DNA of 64,000 bases from a virus. Made by a program: the position numbers and the translations under genes. Positions within the stretch are counted from its first letter, which is position 1. The number at the start of each line of letters is the position of its first letter. This document shows, piece by piece, positions 38,972 to 49,361 of this stretch. A model generated the notes under the pieces. That model saw only the letters and a program-made list of their open reading frames with translations. It did no database searches and was not told where the DNA came from. The stretch is taken from positions 24,182 to 88,181 of the IMG/VR virus record IMGVR_UViG_3300030118_004474, one strand, 5' to 3'.

Positions 38972-41056
38972 ATGACAGTTGATTTTTTTTCAATCGCTAA
39001 GAATAAAGTTTCCTTGACTAATAAAATAAGGGCTACATATTTATCTGCCTTGGAGAATCCCAAGGCTTATGATTACGAATGGGAACAACTTGTAGTTGAA
39101 TTAAGAAATCTTTTAAAAGACCCAACATATCAAGAGATGTTTCCTAATTTAGAGACAGAAATTTTATATTCTGATAAAACCCTTGATGTTAAAGAGAAGA
39201 GAGCGAGACAAGTATATGAATCTTGTATGAATAAACCTATGCTTGTAAAAGAAGACGAGGAAATGAAATCTTTTATTGAACCTAATAAACCAATGTATAG
39301 GATTTTTTCAATTGATGATATGAGAGAAATTAAGGGACTTACTGGTGAATATATTATTCAAGAAAAGTATGATGGGTTGCGTGTTCAAGTTCACAAGAAG
39401 GGTGATAAAATAACCATATATTCCTTTAGTGGAAGAGACATTACATCCAAGTTTCCCAAGTGCGTTAAATATTTAAAGGAAAAAGATACCAATAATTTTA
39501 TACTTGATGGCGAAGCAGTTCTTTATAAAGACAACGAACCTTTAGTAAGGGCCGATACATTAGCCCATATAAATAAAAAGGTTGATTCAGAAGAGGATAT
39601 TAAAATACATGTCTTTGATATTATGCACTACAAAGACAGTTCCGTTGCTATGGAAAAATTTGAAGATAGAATAAAAATTCTAATTGGAGAATTTAGTGGC
39701 CTTACAAATGAAGTAGTTCTTTTTCCCACGAAACAAAATACCCGTGAGGCAGACTCATATGATGAAATAGAAGAATATGCTATGGAAATTATGAAAAACC
39801 CAACCTCCGAAGGAGTCGTAATTAAAGACGCTAAATCTTCCTATGTTATAGGTAAAAAGAAAAATCCTAAGTGGATTAAGTGGAAAAAGGTCATTGACTT
39901 AGATGTATTGGTATTGGGTAAAAGAAAAAATAAAAATGGGACCTTTACATATATGGTCGGCGTTGGCCCAGTTGAAGAAGAAACGCCCAAGGCAAGAGAA
40001 TATGAGGGTAATTTTTATGCTGATGTCGGTAAGACTACCAATACAAAAGTAAATGTGGAAGAGGGTAAAATTATCCGTGTTAAGGTAGATGAAGTTATGG
40101 GTAATTCTAAAAAGGGGTTCAGTTTATACAATGCCCAATTTCACGAAATACCCGAAGTTTCTGAATCAGATAAGTTGATTACATTAGAGTTCTTAACAAA
40201 GAACGGAAGAAAAAGTTTAGCCGACTACAAAGTAGAAGCCCTTAAAAAATCATACGTTATTACAGACGGCGTTCATGGTATTGCTAAAATGAATTTAGAA
40301 TTAAATATGGATGGTTTGGTTTTTCACGGTTTTAAGGAAAAAAATCTTATGTCAAAAAATGCCTATCCCAATATGGATGTTTGGAAAAAAGAAATCAAAA
40401 GGGCCTACGGAAAAGATAGTGGTAGGTTCATGGCTTTTGTTCAAAATATTTTAATTGACGAAGGGACTAAATCGTTAGAGGAATTATTTAGGCGAGGTAT
40501 GGACCATGATGCAAATATGATGAATCGTTTATTTGGTGATAAGGAAGGAAAGAAAAAAATGAAACAGCGTCTAATGGAGGCTGGCGATGCCTACGGTATT
40601 AAAGGCAAAGACCGTTTCTTCTACGACGATTTAACTCTTAATAAAATGGAGGAAAATAAAGCCGAGTTTTTAATGTGGCTTGGTAAAGATGAAAAAATAT
40701 ACTTCACTATTAAACATGAAGATTTTGAAAATAACTGGGCTATTGACATTCGTTCCAAGGAAAACATATACGACTTCTTAGGAGAGGCTGGTAAATACCC
40801 TGTTAGTTTGGTATCTTCTATTAATGATGATATGCTAATTGATAAAGGAAGTGCGCTATTGGGAGCACAAAGACATGGTTATCATGAATATATTCTAAGT
40901 GGGGATGATGTGCAATCTAAATTACACATAAGATATTTACCTGTTGGGGATGAAAAAATGTGGTTGGCCTTTACAGGTTATGAGACAAAACCTACTCCTG
41001 AAAGTTCAGATGAAGGTTTAAATGATGCTAGGGCTGATAAATTTATCAAAATGTAA
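38972..41056 (+). CDS. lig: ATP-dependent DNA ligase with N- and C-terminal extensions
   Basis: Motif I QEKYDGLRVQVH, ILDGEAV, VFDIM, EGVVIK, WIKWK, LDVLVLG. Confidence 0.9.
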   Translation: MTVDFFSIAKNKVSLTNKIRATYLSALENPKAYDYEWEQLVVELRNLLKDPTYQEMFPNLETEILYSDKTLDVKEKRARQVYESCMNKPMLVKEDEEMKSFIEPNKPMYRIFSIDDMREIKGLTGEYIIQEKYDGLRVQVHKKGDKITIYSFSGRDITSKFPKCVKYLKEKDTNNFILDGEAVLYKDNEPLVRADTLAHINKKVDSEEDIKIHVFDIMHYKDSSVAMEKFEDRIKILIGEFSGLTNEVVLFPTKQNTREADSYDEIEEYAMEIMKNPTSEGVVIKDAKSSYVIGKKKNPKWIKWKKVIDLDVLVLGKRKNKNGTFTYMVGVGPVEEETPKAREYEGNFYADVGKTTNTKVNVEEGKIIRVKVDEVMGNSKKGFSLYNAQFHEIPEVSESDKLITLEFLTKNGRKSLADYKVEALKKSYVITDGVHGIAKMNLELNMDGLVFHGFKEKNLMSKNAYPNMDVWKKEIKRAYGKDSGRFMAFVQNILIDEGTKSLEELFRRGMDHDANMMNRLFGDKEGKKKMKQRLMEAGDAYGIKGKDRFFYDDLTLNKMEENKAEFLMWLGKDEKIYFTIKHEDFENNWAIDIRSKENIYDFLGEAGKYPVSLVSSINDDMLIDKGSALLGAQRHGYHEYILSGDDVQSKLHIRYLPVGDEKMWLAFTGYETKPTPESSDEGLNDARADKFIKM

Positions 41057-41112
41057 TATTAACTTACAAAATCCAAGTAATATTTATATAGTCTACTAAC
41101 GTACTAATTACC

Positions 41113-42306
41113 ATGCAATTAGCAACACCTATGTTTGGTAATCTTCCTACTGATGGTGGGGAATTTGTCATTCTAAAGGAAAATAAGGATTGTGTTATTG
41201 CTGGCTACGCATCTGTTGATGTAGTGGATAAACAAAATGATAAAATTACTCTTAACGCAATTCGTGAAGCGGCAGATGGATTTATGAAAAACGACCGCTT
41301 CCGAAATGTTATGATTACTCATTCAAATGTTCAAGTGGGTGAGGTCTTAGACAATTATACAGATTCCAAAGGAAAAGTCCTAAAAACAGGCGTAGATGAG
41401 ACAGGTTTTTTTGTAGTGATAAAGTTAAGAAATGATATTGAGAAGGCAAAGGAAGTGGCGAGGGATATTCGTCGTGGAAAACTCCGTTCTTTCTCAATTG
41501 GAGGACAGGCAATTAACAAAGCCAATAAATATGACCCCGATGTTGGGAGTTATAAAGAAATTGACAAGTTAGAATTGCATGAAATCACCATTTGTGAAGA
41601 AGGGATTAATCCCGAAGCCAAATTTAATATAATTAAGGAGGATAAAAAAATGAGCGAAATTGAAAAGGCCTTGGCCGAATTTAATGATGTAATGGCTGAA
41701 CTGAAAAACACCGTGTTGTTGAAGGACGACGACGACGATGAAAAGATGGAAGGAGCCGCTTCCCACGATGACGAAAAAAAGGAATTGCGTGGCGGAAGTA
41801 AAGAAGAAATGATGGAAAGAGCCATGTATGATGAAGACTCATCGGATGAAATGATGATGGAAGAAGCAGAAATGGCTGACTATGACAAAGAATACATGAA
41901 AGAGGAAGAAGACAAAGAAGCCCTTGAATACATGGAGCGAAAGGGTGTTGATACTTTGGACCTTTCTCCCTCTAACATTGAAAAAGCATATGAACATTTC
42001 CGTGCAGAAAAAGAGGAGGAGAGAGCATACGATTTGATTAAAAATGAGTTTGAGGCTCGCTATGCAAAGGAACTTGAATTGGAGAAGGCTGAAATTGCTA
42101 AGTCCAAGTTCAATCCACAAAACGAACTTTCTCAACTTCGTGAAGAACTTTCTTCCTTGAAGAAGAGTTTGGAAAATAATGAAATTGCTAAGGCACAAAC
42201 GGTTGAGGAAACGACCCGTCAACTTAGCGAAGATTTTTCTCGTGTAAATGAAATGTCGTGGGATGAAATTCACGACCTTTTCTCAAAGCACAAGGGGGGT
42301 ATCTAA
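41113..42306 (+). CDS. HK97-type prohead protease fused to an acidic scaffold
   Basis: IAGYASVDVVDKQND, H, LRSFSIGG, LHEITICEEGINPEA; TTTATATA box upstream; acidic coiled-coil C-terminal half. Confidence 0.9.
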   Translation: MQLATPMFGNLPTDGGEFVILKENKDCVIAGYASVDVVDKQNDKITLNAIREAADGFMKNDRFRNVMITHSNVQVGEVLDNYTDSKGKVLKTGVDETGFFVVIKLRNDIEKAKEVARDIRRGKLRSFSIGGQAINKANKYDPDVGSYKEIDKLELHEITICEEGINPEAKFNIIKEDKKMSEIEKALAEFNDVMAELKNTVLLKDDDDDEKMEGAASHDDEKKELRGGSKEEMMERAMYDEDSSDEMMMEEAEMADYDKEYMKEEEDKEALEYMERKGVDTLDLSPSNIEKAYEHFRAEKEEERAYDLIKNEFEARYAKELELEKAEIAKSKFNPQNELSQLREELSSLKKSLENNEIAKAQTVEETTRQLSEDFSRVNEMSWDEIHDLFSKHKGGI

Positions 42307-42307
42307 A

Positions 42308-43534
42308 ATGAGTGGGTATTTTAAGACAATTGGAGACTTGGAGCGAGCAACCTATGGATTTGGTAGCGATAACCTAATGAAAGCAACTGGTATTACTACG
42401 GGCATTCACAATGTTCACAGTCTTGCTACACAAGCAGGAACTCTTGATACGAGCCTTCACAACTTAATTTATGGTCAGAAGGTTTGGTCAATGATTAACC
42501 GTGAAATCAACGCCTTGTCAATTCTTCCTAAGAAACCTTGGAAGTCAAGTGGATGGCGAATTCTGAAAGAGCGAGCCTTGGGCGGTGCAGAAGACACCTT
42601 TACTGTAACTGATTCTGATAGCCTCGGTGGAACTGCTGAAAATGAAGCACTTTCCAACATTACGAACATCAGGCCTCTTTATGAGAACTTGCATGTTTCA
42701 CCAAAGACTATTGCACACACGTTTGAAATTTCTGAAATTGCTCAAATGTTGGCTGGTCTTGACGATGGTTTGGGAGACTTGATTGCTACCTACCGTGAAG
42801 AAGTTGGTGTGTCTCACGCAGAAGCCATGAACAAAATGATTCTGCACGACCTTACAAATACGGCTGGTGTTGGTCTTGCCGCAACCTCTCTTACAGGAGA
42901 AAACAATATGTTGGAATCTCTCTTCCGAATTGTTTCTAACTTTGCTGAAACCGATGCTCTTAGCGGCTACGGAAGCGGTGAAGATAAGAATAAGATTTAC
43001 GGTGTTTCTCGCCATGCTACTGATGCGGCTTACCTTGAGTCCTTTGTTGACTCCAATGGGGGAACCGAGCGAAATCTTACCGTGAATATTCTTAATACGA
43101 CCCTTCGTAATTTGATGGCCCGTGGTGGAGAACCCAAGGTTATTTTGACTGGATATGATACCATTCAAACCCTTGGTGAACTGCTTCAAGCACAAGAGCG
43201 TTTCATGGGAAGAACGGAAATTACGCCAACCCATAACGGAATTAGAGGTGTTGATGGTAGAGAAGTCGGTTTCCGAGTTGCTACCTATCACGACATCCCA
43301 ATTATCCCTGTTAAGGATATGCCAAACGGCGGTGCTGGAATTTCGGATATTCTTATCCTTGATACCGACCACATTTTCCTTTGCACTTTGAAGCCTACGG
43401 AATACTTTGAAGGTGGCATTGGCACGGATGTTTTCGGACACGGAAAGTTGGGCCACCGAGGGCTTTACAGAACTGTTGCAGAAGTGGTTTGTTCCTACTT
43501 CCGGGGACAAGGTAAAATCCTTGACCTTCAATGA
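42308..43534 (+). CDS. Major capsid protein (HK97 fold)
   Basis: Follows the protease; YGQKVWSMINREINALSILPKKPWKSSGWR, PKTIAHTFEISE, ends GKILDLQ, typical of archaeal tailed-virus MCPs. Confidence 0.9.
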   Translation: MSGYFKTIGDLERATYGFGSDNLMKATGITTGIHNVHSLATQAGTLDTSLHNLIYGQKVWSMINREINALSILPKKPWKSSGWRILKERALGGAEDTFTVTDSDSLGGTAENEALSNITNIRPLYENLHVSPKTIAHTFEISEIAQMLAGLDDGLGDLIATYREEVGVSHAEAMNKMILHDLTNTAGVGLAATSLTGENNMLESLFRIVSNFAETDALSGYGSGEDKNKIYGVSRHATDAAYLESFVDSNGGTERNLTVNILNTTLRNLMARGGEPKVILTGYDTIQTLGELLQAQERFMGRTEITPTHNGIRGVDGREVGFRVATYHDIPIIPVKDMPNGGAGISDILILDTDHIFLCTLKPTEYFEGGIGTDVFGHGKLGHRGLYRTVAEVVCSYFRGQGKILDLQ

Positions 43535-43544
43535 GGTGTTTTAA

Positions 43545-43892
43545 ATGACACATACAATAACACTTATTGCAGACCACTTGGGTTTTACCGGCCCAAGAGT
43601 TATGGGACATGAATATGTAGTTGATGTTTGCGTAGATAGCACAAATTTACCATCGGGCGGAGTAGTTGTAACAGCGGCAGAATGTGGGTTGTCAACCGTT
43701 TCTTGTGTGGTGGTTACCGGGGCAGAAAATCCAAACCATTACGTGATTCAACCTGTTATTGTTGCAGAAACAGGGGCCTATGAATCAGCATCATCATTTA
43801 AATTGCATTATGCTGATGATTTGGGTAGTGCATCTACAACAAGTGATACTAATGTAGGTTCTGTAAGAGTTCGTGTTTGGGGCAAACTCTAA
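43545..43892 (+). CDS. Putative capsid decoration / minor head protein
   Basis: Beta-rich 115 aa ORF directly after MCP. Confidence 0.55.
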   Translation: MTHTITLIADHLGFTGPRVMGHEYVVDVCVDSTNLPSGGVVVTAAECGLSTVSCVVVTGAENPNHYVIQPVIVAETGAYESASSFKLHYADDLGSASTTSDTNVGSVRVRVWGKL

Positions 43893-43902
43893 GGTGAAGT
43901 AA

Positions 43903-44229
43903 ATGCGAGTTAAAAATATTACGGGCGGAACTAAGGTAGTTCTTGGAAAACCATATATGGGTAATTACGAATATGAAGTTTCTGAGAACCTTCGTGATAT
44001 TTTCATTAGAAATGGATTTGAAATTTTGGGAGAAGAGGTGGCTGAAACTCCTCCGGAGGAAACCTTGCCTTCGGAAGAAGTTGATGAAGTCGCACCTTCC
44101 CCGGATTTCTCTTCTATGACTAAGAGAGAATTGCAGTCTTACTTGAAAGAAAAGGGTATTGCCTTTGAATTTAAAAATACGAAGGCCCAGTTGCTTTCTC
44201 TTTGCTTAAATGAAAGTGAAGAAGAGTAA
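43903..44229 (+). CDS. Protein with C-terminal HeH/SAP-like (Rho-N-like) domain
   Basis: FSSMTKRELQSYLKEKGI...TKAQLL. Confidence 0.65.
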   Translation: MRVKNITGGTKVVLGKPYMGNYEYEVSENLRDIFIRNGFEILGEEVAETPPEETLPSEEVDEVAPSPDFSSMTKRELQSYLKEKGIAFEFKNTKAQLLSLCLNESEEE

Positions 44230-44274
44230 TCTTTATAATATCGTTCTGCTTGTCTTAAGATAAGAGGGAAAATT

Positions 44275-44748
44275 ATGCCTGTGAACTCAACAAAGATAAC
44301 TGCGAATACTCAACTTTCATCCATTGGTGGAACATTTGACGGATTTATATTCTTCAACGGTGCTTCTGCATCTGTTGTTTATGTATTTGACAACAATAAT
44401 GCTGACGTAGTGCTTCCGTTTGATTACAACAATGGAACTACAATGTCTAATGGTCCAACTGATGCTTTATCTGTTGGTATGTTGGTCTTTGGTTCAGGAA
44501 TTCCTGACGGGGCCACGGTTGCTTCAATTACAGACCCAACCACATTTGAATTAAGTGCTACTACAACAGGTGGTGCTAAAGTATCGCAAGCCCTTACATT
44601 TGTTTCCGTAGATAACCCGATTGGAAAATTTTCAACTGCGGCCAATACAAGCGACGATATTAGGGGATTAGGAATTATTTGTAGGAACGGAATTAAAATC
44701 GTTGCTAACAATTTTACAACACTAGAAGTTTTTGCCCTCACCAACTAG
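44275..44748 (+). CDS. Putative structural beta-rich protein
   Basis: LSVGMLVFGSGIPDGATVASI...FELS motif seen in virion fibre/adhesin repeats. Confidence 0.55.
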   Translation: MPVNSTKITANTQLSSIGGTFDGFIFFNGASASVVYVFDNNNADVVLPFDYNNGTTMSNGPTDALSVGMLVFGSGIPDGATVASITDPTTFELSATTTGGAKVSQALTFVSVDNPIGKFSTAANTSDDIRGLGIICRNGIKIVANNFTTLEVFALTN

Positions 44749-44759
44749 GGGGTTAAAAC

Positions 44760-47126
44760 ATGACTAGAGTTCCAAATATTAGAGGCTACGAGGGTTTTGC
44801 CGAAGGTGTTAATTGGACACCGAAGTTATCATTAGATACAATGGTTGATTTTATCAATGCCCTTCCCAATACACCCATTAGTAGGCAACTTGTGAATTGG
44901 CTTGGTAAAGACCATGATGGTTTTAGCGGGTATTCAGATGACGTTTTTGATGAAATCAATAGGGAGGCTTTTAAACGCCTATTAGAACTGGGTATAGAAT
45001 CTACTAAATTTAAACCAGTGTATGAAAGAATAGTAGGTGATGAAGATACTACCGATACTCAAATGGAATTATTATTTTCAGGTTTAACCCCTTCTACTAG
45101 TTTTACACTAGACGACCTAATAAACGGTCAAGCCGCAGACTACGCTTTAGAATATGAACCTACTGATGAAAATAAAAAACTAATCGGTATTTTTGTTGGT
45201 GAGGCTTTATTTAAAGAGGGTAAATCAGCAGACGAACTTAAAACAGATTTTAAAGAAAAAGTTATATCTACCGCTTCTAAAAGAGGTATTGGTATGGCAG
45301 ATGCCGACGCAGAGGAAGAATTTTCTAAGGCATTTAGTGATTTTAAATTAATTGAGGGTATGCAAGCAGTTTTTCAAGGATTAATGAAAAATATAAAAAG
45401 AGAATTTGTAGGGGCTGAAAATAATAGAGGTTCATATATTGCTATGGGCAAAGAAGGTTCTAAACCCCTATCTGATTTTTTAGTAGAGATGCTACCCCAA
45501 AACGTGGGAAACCAAAGATTAGGTGTGTTAATGATTCCTGAATACAGGGATGCACAATACAAATCAATGGGACAAGAAGAATACTTAGAAACCATACTTG
45601 ATATGTCCACGGCAAAATTAGTAAATTTAGTCAACAGAAGTTTAAAAAGATTGGCGGCAGAAAAATTAAATCCTTTTGGTTTAGATGATTCTATTCTGAA
45701 TTTAATTTTACAAGATATAGATGCAGAAATAAACAATTCAATTATTTCTGATTCTGTCGTCCCAGCAAAAGAAGTATATGAGCCGGGTCAAGTTGGAGTA
45801 TTTAAAAGAGAACTAGACGACGAGGTAGTTGTAGGATGGTTTATTCAAAACCAAGCAAAGGAACTAAATGCCTTTACCAATTGGTTAGCAAGTGGAGCGT
45901 TATCGGCATATACTTATAATAACCAAGACTGGAACCCACTAGAGATTTCTAACATAAGAGGAAGAAAAACCAATTATGATAGAAAAAATACATTTAGGAA
46001 TAAAACTTTATTTGCAGATACTCGTAGAGATAAGGGTTCCCAAAACATTCTTGAAAGAGTAGATGATATATTAATGGACTACGAGGAGTTTGAACCTAAT
46101 AAAATAAGAAACTCGTTTGATAATGATGGGCTTTTAGACGGTGTAATTGATTTCTTTAATAAAGTTGATGACGAGTTAAAATCAAAGGAAAGTATGTATG
46201 AAGTCTCGGATGAAGAAAGACTTTTTGAAGACGTTTCTACAATTAGAGAAGACAGATTTATAGAAACTATTTTAAAAGGAGAAACCGAAGAGTTTTTAGA
46301 ATTAATGAATACTGCTATTTTTAACCTAGAAAAAATACGACCCCCCTTAGAAGAGGCGGAAACTGAAATTTTTGATGATAAGGAAAAAGATGTTTTGAGA
46401 ACAGAAGACGATTCTTTGCGCCTACCAATGGACATTTTTGAAGAGGCACAAGGATTTATCACCGACCTTAAACAACTAAGAAGAGAAGTGAATAGAGTGC
46501 CTACTGAAAATATAGGGCAATATGAAAATACAGTTATAAGAATATTAAATGAGCAGGGAAATACCGAAGCCGCTAATGAAATTAGACAAACGGGCTTAGA
46601 AAACATGACGGCAGATAGATACTCGGAAATTTCCGGTCAACTAGATAGAGGTAAAAGTTCCCTTTCCTTTACAAAAACTCTACTAAAGGAATATTTTGGT
46701 GAGAATTTTGAAGACATACAAGCGTATAGTAAAACTGATGCTGGTAAAATAAAAATAGCAAAATTGTTATTACACCCTATCTTATACGGGGATGTGGCAG
46801 TATCAGATTTCGGAACGACGCAAGAAAAAAATATTGCTACAACTTTAGCATACGCTGGCGCACTTTCAATAACTTTAGAATTTACATCTAACGGTTTAGA
46901 AGGAGAATTTATTTTTAAACCAAATTTTGAAATTAAACCTGAAATGGGAACATTTTCATATGATTTTAGCGTTGGTAGAGGCCTTACAAGAGAAGGAGAA
47001 AGATTTACTACTCCTACGGGAGACAAAGTTCAATCTTTTGATACTATATTTAATAAGAATAAAAACCGCTACATGAACGAAATATTAAAAAAGTTAGTTA
47101 AACTTCAATTAGTTATACGGGGGTAA
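44760..47126 (+). CDS. Large hypothetical protein (788 aa)
   Basis: Long ORF in the head-neck region. Confidence 0.75.
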   Translation: MTRVPNIRGYEGFAEGVNWTPKLSLDTMVDFINALPNTPISRQLVNWLGKDHDGFSGYSDDVFDEINREAFKRLLELGIESTKFKPVYERIVGDEDTTDTQMELLFSGLTPSTSFTLDDLINGQAADYALEYEPTDENKKLIGIFVGEALFKEGKSADELKTDFKEKVISTASKRGIGMADADAEEEFSKAFSDFKLIEGMQAVFQGLMKNIKREFVGAENNRGSYIAMGKEGSKPLSDFLVEMLPQNVGNQRLGVLMIPEYRDAQYKSMGQEEYLETILDMSTAKLVNLVNRSLKRLAAEKLNPFGLDDSILNLILQDIDAEINNSIISDSVVPAKEVYEPGQVGVFKRELDDEVVVGWFIQNQAKELNAFTNWLASGALSAYTYNNQDWNPLEISNIRGRKTNYDRKNTFRNKTLFADTRRDKGSQNILERVDDILMDYEEFEPNKIRNSFDNDGLLDGVIDFFNKVDDELKSKESMYEVSDEERLFEDVSTIREDRFIETILKGETEEFLELMNTAIFNLEKIRPPLEEAETEIFDDKEKDVLRTEDDSLRLPMDIFEEAQGFITDLKQLRREVNRVPTENIGQYENTVIRILNEQGNTEAANEIRQTGLENMTADRYSEISGQLDRGKSSLSFTKTLLKEYFGENFEDIQAYSKTDAGKIKIAKLLLHPILYGDVAVSDFGTTQEKNIATTLAYAGALSITLEFTSNGLEGEFIFKPNFEIKPEMGTFSYDFSVGRGLTREGERFTTPTGDKVQSFDTIFNKNKNRYMNEILKKLVKLQLVIRG

Positions 47127-47130
47127 TTAT

Positions 47131-48225
47131 ATGGTTAAGGTAATTGTTCAATCTGACCCAACACTAAACGTTGTTAATTATCCTGCTGGAAAAGGTGCTT
47201 ATACTAACGCTGTTAAGATAGCGGCACTTTTAGGTATTGCTGATTTTGTTTCTATTGACGCTACGGGTGCTACCTCTCCTACATTAGAAGAAGTTGGGGA
47301 TTTGATTCGTAGGGCAGAAGACTTCATAGATGAATTTACTAATGAGTCTTGGAGAGAAAATCTTGCTGAAAATGAATTTCATGACTTTGATTTCTATGAT
47401 AAGTATGTTTATTTCTATGAAGACTATGCGGGAAAGGTTAGAACTGAACATGAAAATGTTAGAAAAATAATTAGAATTGCATTTTGGGATGGAAGCACAT
47501 ATAGGGATGTAGCGTCGGCTGTTTCTGTTATTGAAATTACCGACCACACAAATATTACAAGTATTACATTAAATGCTGGTTCTCTACATTGGGACTTATT
47601 TGCCTCTACTAATGCTCACGACGATAAGTTCAATAAAGCGTTTGGTAAAAGGACTACTGCACATGAATTAGCATATTTAATTAACGAACAACCCCCTACT
47701 CTTACAGCATCATTTACGGGTGCTTCTGCCAATAAGTCGTTAAAAGATTCTTCGGCAACACATAACATATCAGACTTTTTTTATGCAAATGTAGAAGAAG
47801 ATGAGACTATTACCGTTGTTTCGCTTTTACCCGGAAGCGACGGTTCATCTTGCACCGTTTCTACTTCGGGTAGTGGTATTACCGCATCTTCATTTACTGA
47901 TAAGGAACAATATGATAGAAATGAAACTTGGTGGGATATTAGAGATTCCGGAGATATTTTCTTCCGTAGTGATTATCCCTTACATAGAAAACACTCTGTA
48001 AAACTTACTTACACCTATGGGAATCATAGAGTTCCAGCAATTATTGAAGAGGCGGCTACAAAACTCGTGGCTTGTGAATTGTTGGCTAGTGATGATTCAT
48101 ATGTTCTTGTAGGAGATGACTCCACAGGAATTGATGTTAAGTCTAAGTATGATTCTTATAAACAGGATATTGACAGGATTTTGAGAATGAAGAAGCGAAT
48201 TAATTACTATTTAGATAACGATTGA
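47131..48225 (+). CDS. Head-tail adaptor/connector protein
   Basis: LIRRAEDFIDEFT...VKLTYTYG...VPAIIEEAATKLVA, a gp6/gp15-like pattern. Confidence 0.7.
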   Translation: MVKVIVQSDPTLNVVNYPAGKGAYTNAVKIAALLGIADFVSIDATGATSPTLEEVGDLIRRAEDFIDEFTNESWRENLAENEFHDFDFYDKYVYFYEDYAGKVRTEHENVRKIIRIAFWDGSTYRDVASAVSVIEITDHTNITSITLNAGSLHWDLFASTNAHDDKFNKAFGKRTTAHELAYLINEQPPTLTASFTGASANKSLKDSSATHNISDFFYANVEEDETITVVSLLPGSDGSSCTVSTSGSGITASSFTDKEQYDRNETWWDIRDSGDIFFRSDYPLHRKHSVKLTYTYGNHRVPAIIEEAATKLVACELLASDDSYVLVGDDSTGIDVKSKYDSYKQDIDRILRMKKRINYYLDND

Positions 48226-48234
48226 GGGAATATT

Positions 48235-48471
48235 ATGGACATTTGGTGGGATATTATTCAAAAGAAAAGTAAGGCTCGTCGTAAGAAGGGTTCTAAAAGG
48301 GCTAAGAAAAAGACAAGGCGTAAGGGTAAATCTACCGGAAAGAAAGACGCTTGTTATTATAAGGTTCGCTCCCGATATAAAAAATGGCCTTCTGCATATG
48401 CTTCGGGCGCACTTGTTCGTTGTAGGAAGGTAGGGGCCGCTAATTGGGGCAATAAAACAAAAAAGAAGTGA
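48235..48471 (+). CDS. Very basic small protein with leader (MDIWWDIIQK)
   Basis: K/R-rich; KKDACYYKV...WPSAYASGALVRCRK. Confidence 0.7.
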   Translation: MDIWWDIIQKKSKARRKKGSKRAKKKTRRKGKSTGKKDACYYKVRSRYKKWPSAYASGALVRCRKVGAANWGNKTKKK

Positions 48472-48475
48472 TAGC

Positions 48476-48892
48476 ATGTATAATATAAAATTGGGTTGGG
48501 AAATTATTTTAAAGGAACTTGCTTGCCCAAAGGCTACGCAAGATTTAGAATTAAATACAAAAAATAGAGATGCGGCAGTAAAGGCAGAACATATTCAATA
48601 TGGGCCTCTAAATTTAGAGGACGAAGACTACTGGGAAAGATACGCTAAGCGTTGGAACACTACTGCCGATGTAGCAAAACAGTCTAATTGTAGTAATTGT
48701 ATTGCTTTTGATATTTCACCAAGAATGGATAAGTGTATGCCTTTAACCACAGATGAAGATGGTCGTTTGGGTTATTGTTGGATGCACCATTTCAAATGCC
48801 ATAGTGCTAGAACGTGCTACACTTGGGCTAAAGGTGGACCTATTGATGATGACAAAACTTCAAAAGAAAATCAAATGAGGGGAGAACAATGA
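48476..48892 (+). CDS. Cys-rich protein with leader (LGWEIILK)
   Basis: CPKATQD...CSNCIAF...GYCWMHHFKCHSARTC. Confidence 0.7.
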   Translation: MYNIKLGWEIILKELACPKATQDLELNTKNRDAAVKAEHIQYGPLNLEDEDYWERYAKRWNTTADVAKQSNCSNCIAFDISPRMDKCMPLTTDEDGRLGYCWMHHFKCHSARTCYTWAKGGPIDDDKTSKENQMRGEQ

Positions 48893-49254
48893 CGTGGAAA
48901 AAAATATTAAAAGCCCATTGTACGGGTGATGACGATAAACAAGACATGGATAAGAAATTATACGGTGGACAGAAAAAACTAGACAAAGATGGAGACGGCG
49001 ACTTAGATGCAGAAGACTTCAAAATGCTTCGTGATGAAAAGAAGCAAGATGTTGAAGCAATTATTATTCGCACTTTGAAAGATGAAGGTGGGGCTTCGGG
49101 CTTAGAACCTTTGGAGAAGGAAACCGGATTGTCTAAAAAAGAACTAAAGAAAAAACTTAAGGAAATGAAAAAGGTTGCTAAACATAAAAACGGCGACTAT
49201 ATTTTACTTGAAGGACTACCTAAACCAAGAGGCGCATTTACGGATAAGGATTAG
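48889..49254 (+). CDS. Protein with leader (MTWKKILK), EF-hand-like loop and wHTH-like C-terminus
   Basis: LDKDGDGDLDAEDF. Confidence 0.7.
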   Translation: MTWKKILKAHCTGDDDKQDMDKKLYGGQKKLDKDGDGDLDAEDFKMLRDEKKQDVEAIIIRTLKDEGGASGLEPLEKETGLSKKELKKKLKEMKKVAKHKNGDYILLEGLPKPRGAFTDKD

Positions 49255-49361
49255 ATGGTTAAGAGGCGTAATCGGGTTAGGCGCAAAAAGGGAGAACCAA
49301 GTCAAAAAAGTGAAAAGGTTAGACCAAATAAACCCCATTACAAAAGAAAGGAGAGATAATT

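Noticed and set aside
42698-43531. 277-aa minus-strand ORF, and similar antisense ORFs over RNR, tail and other genes
   Set aside because: Shadow frames opposite well-supported genes, with no RBS or recognisable motifs.
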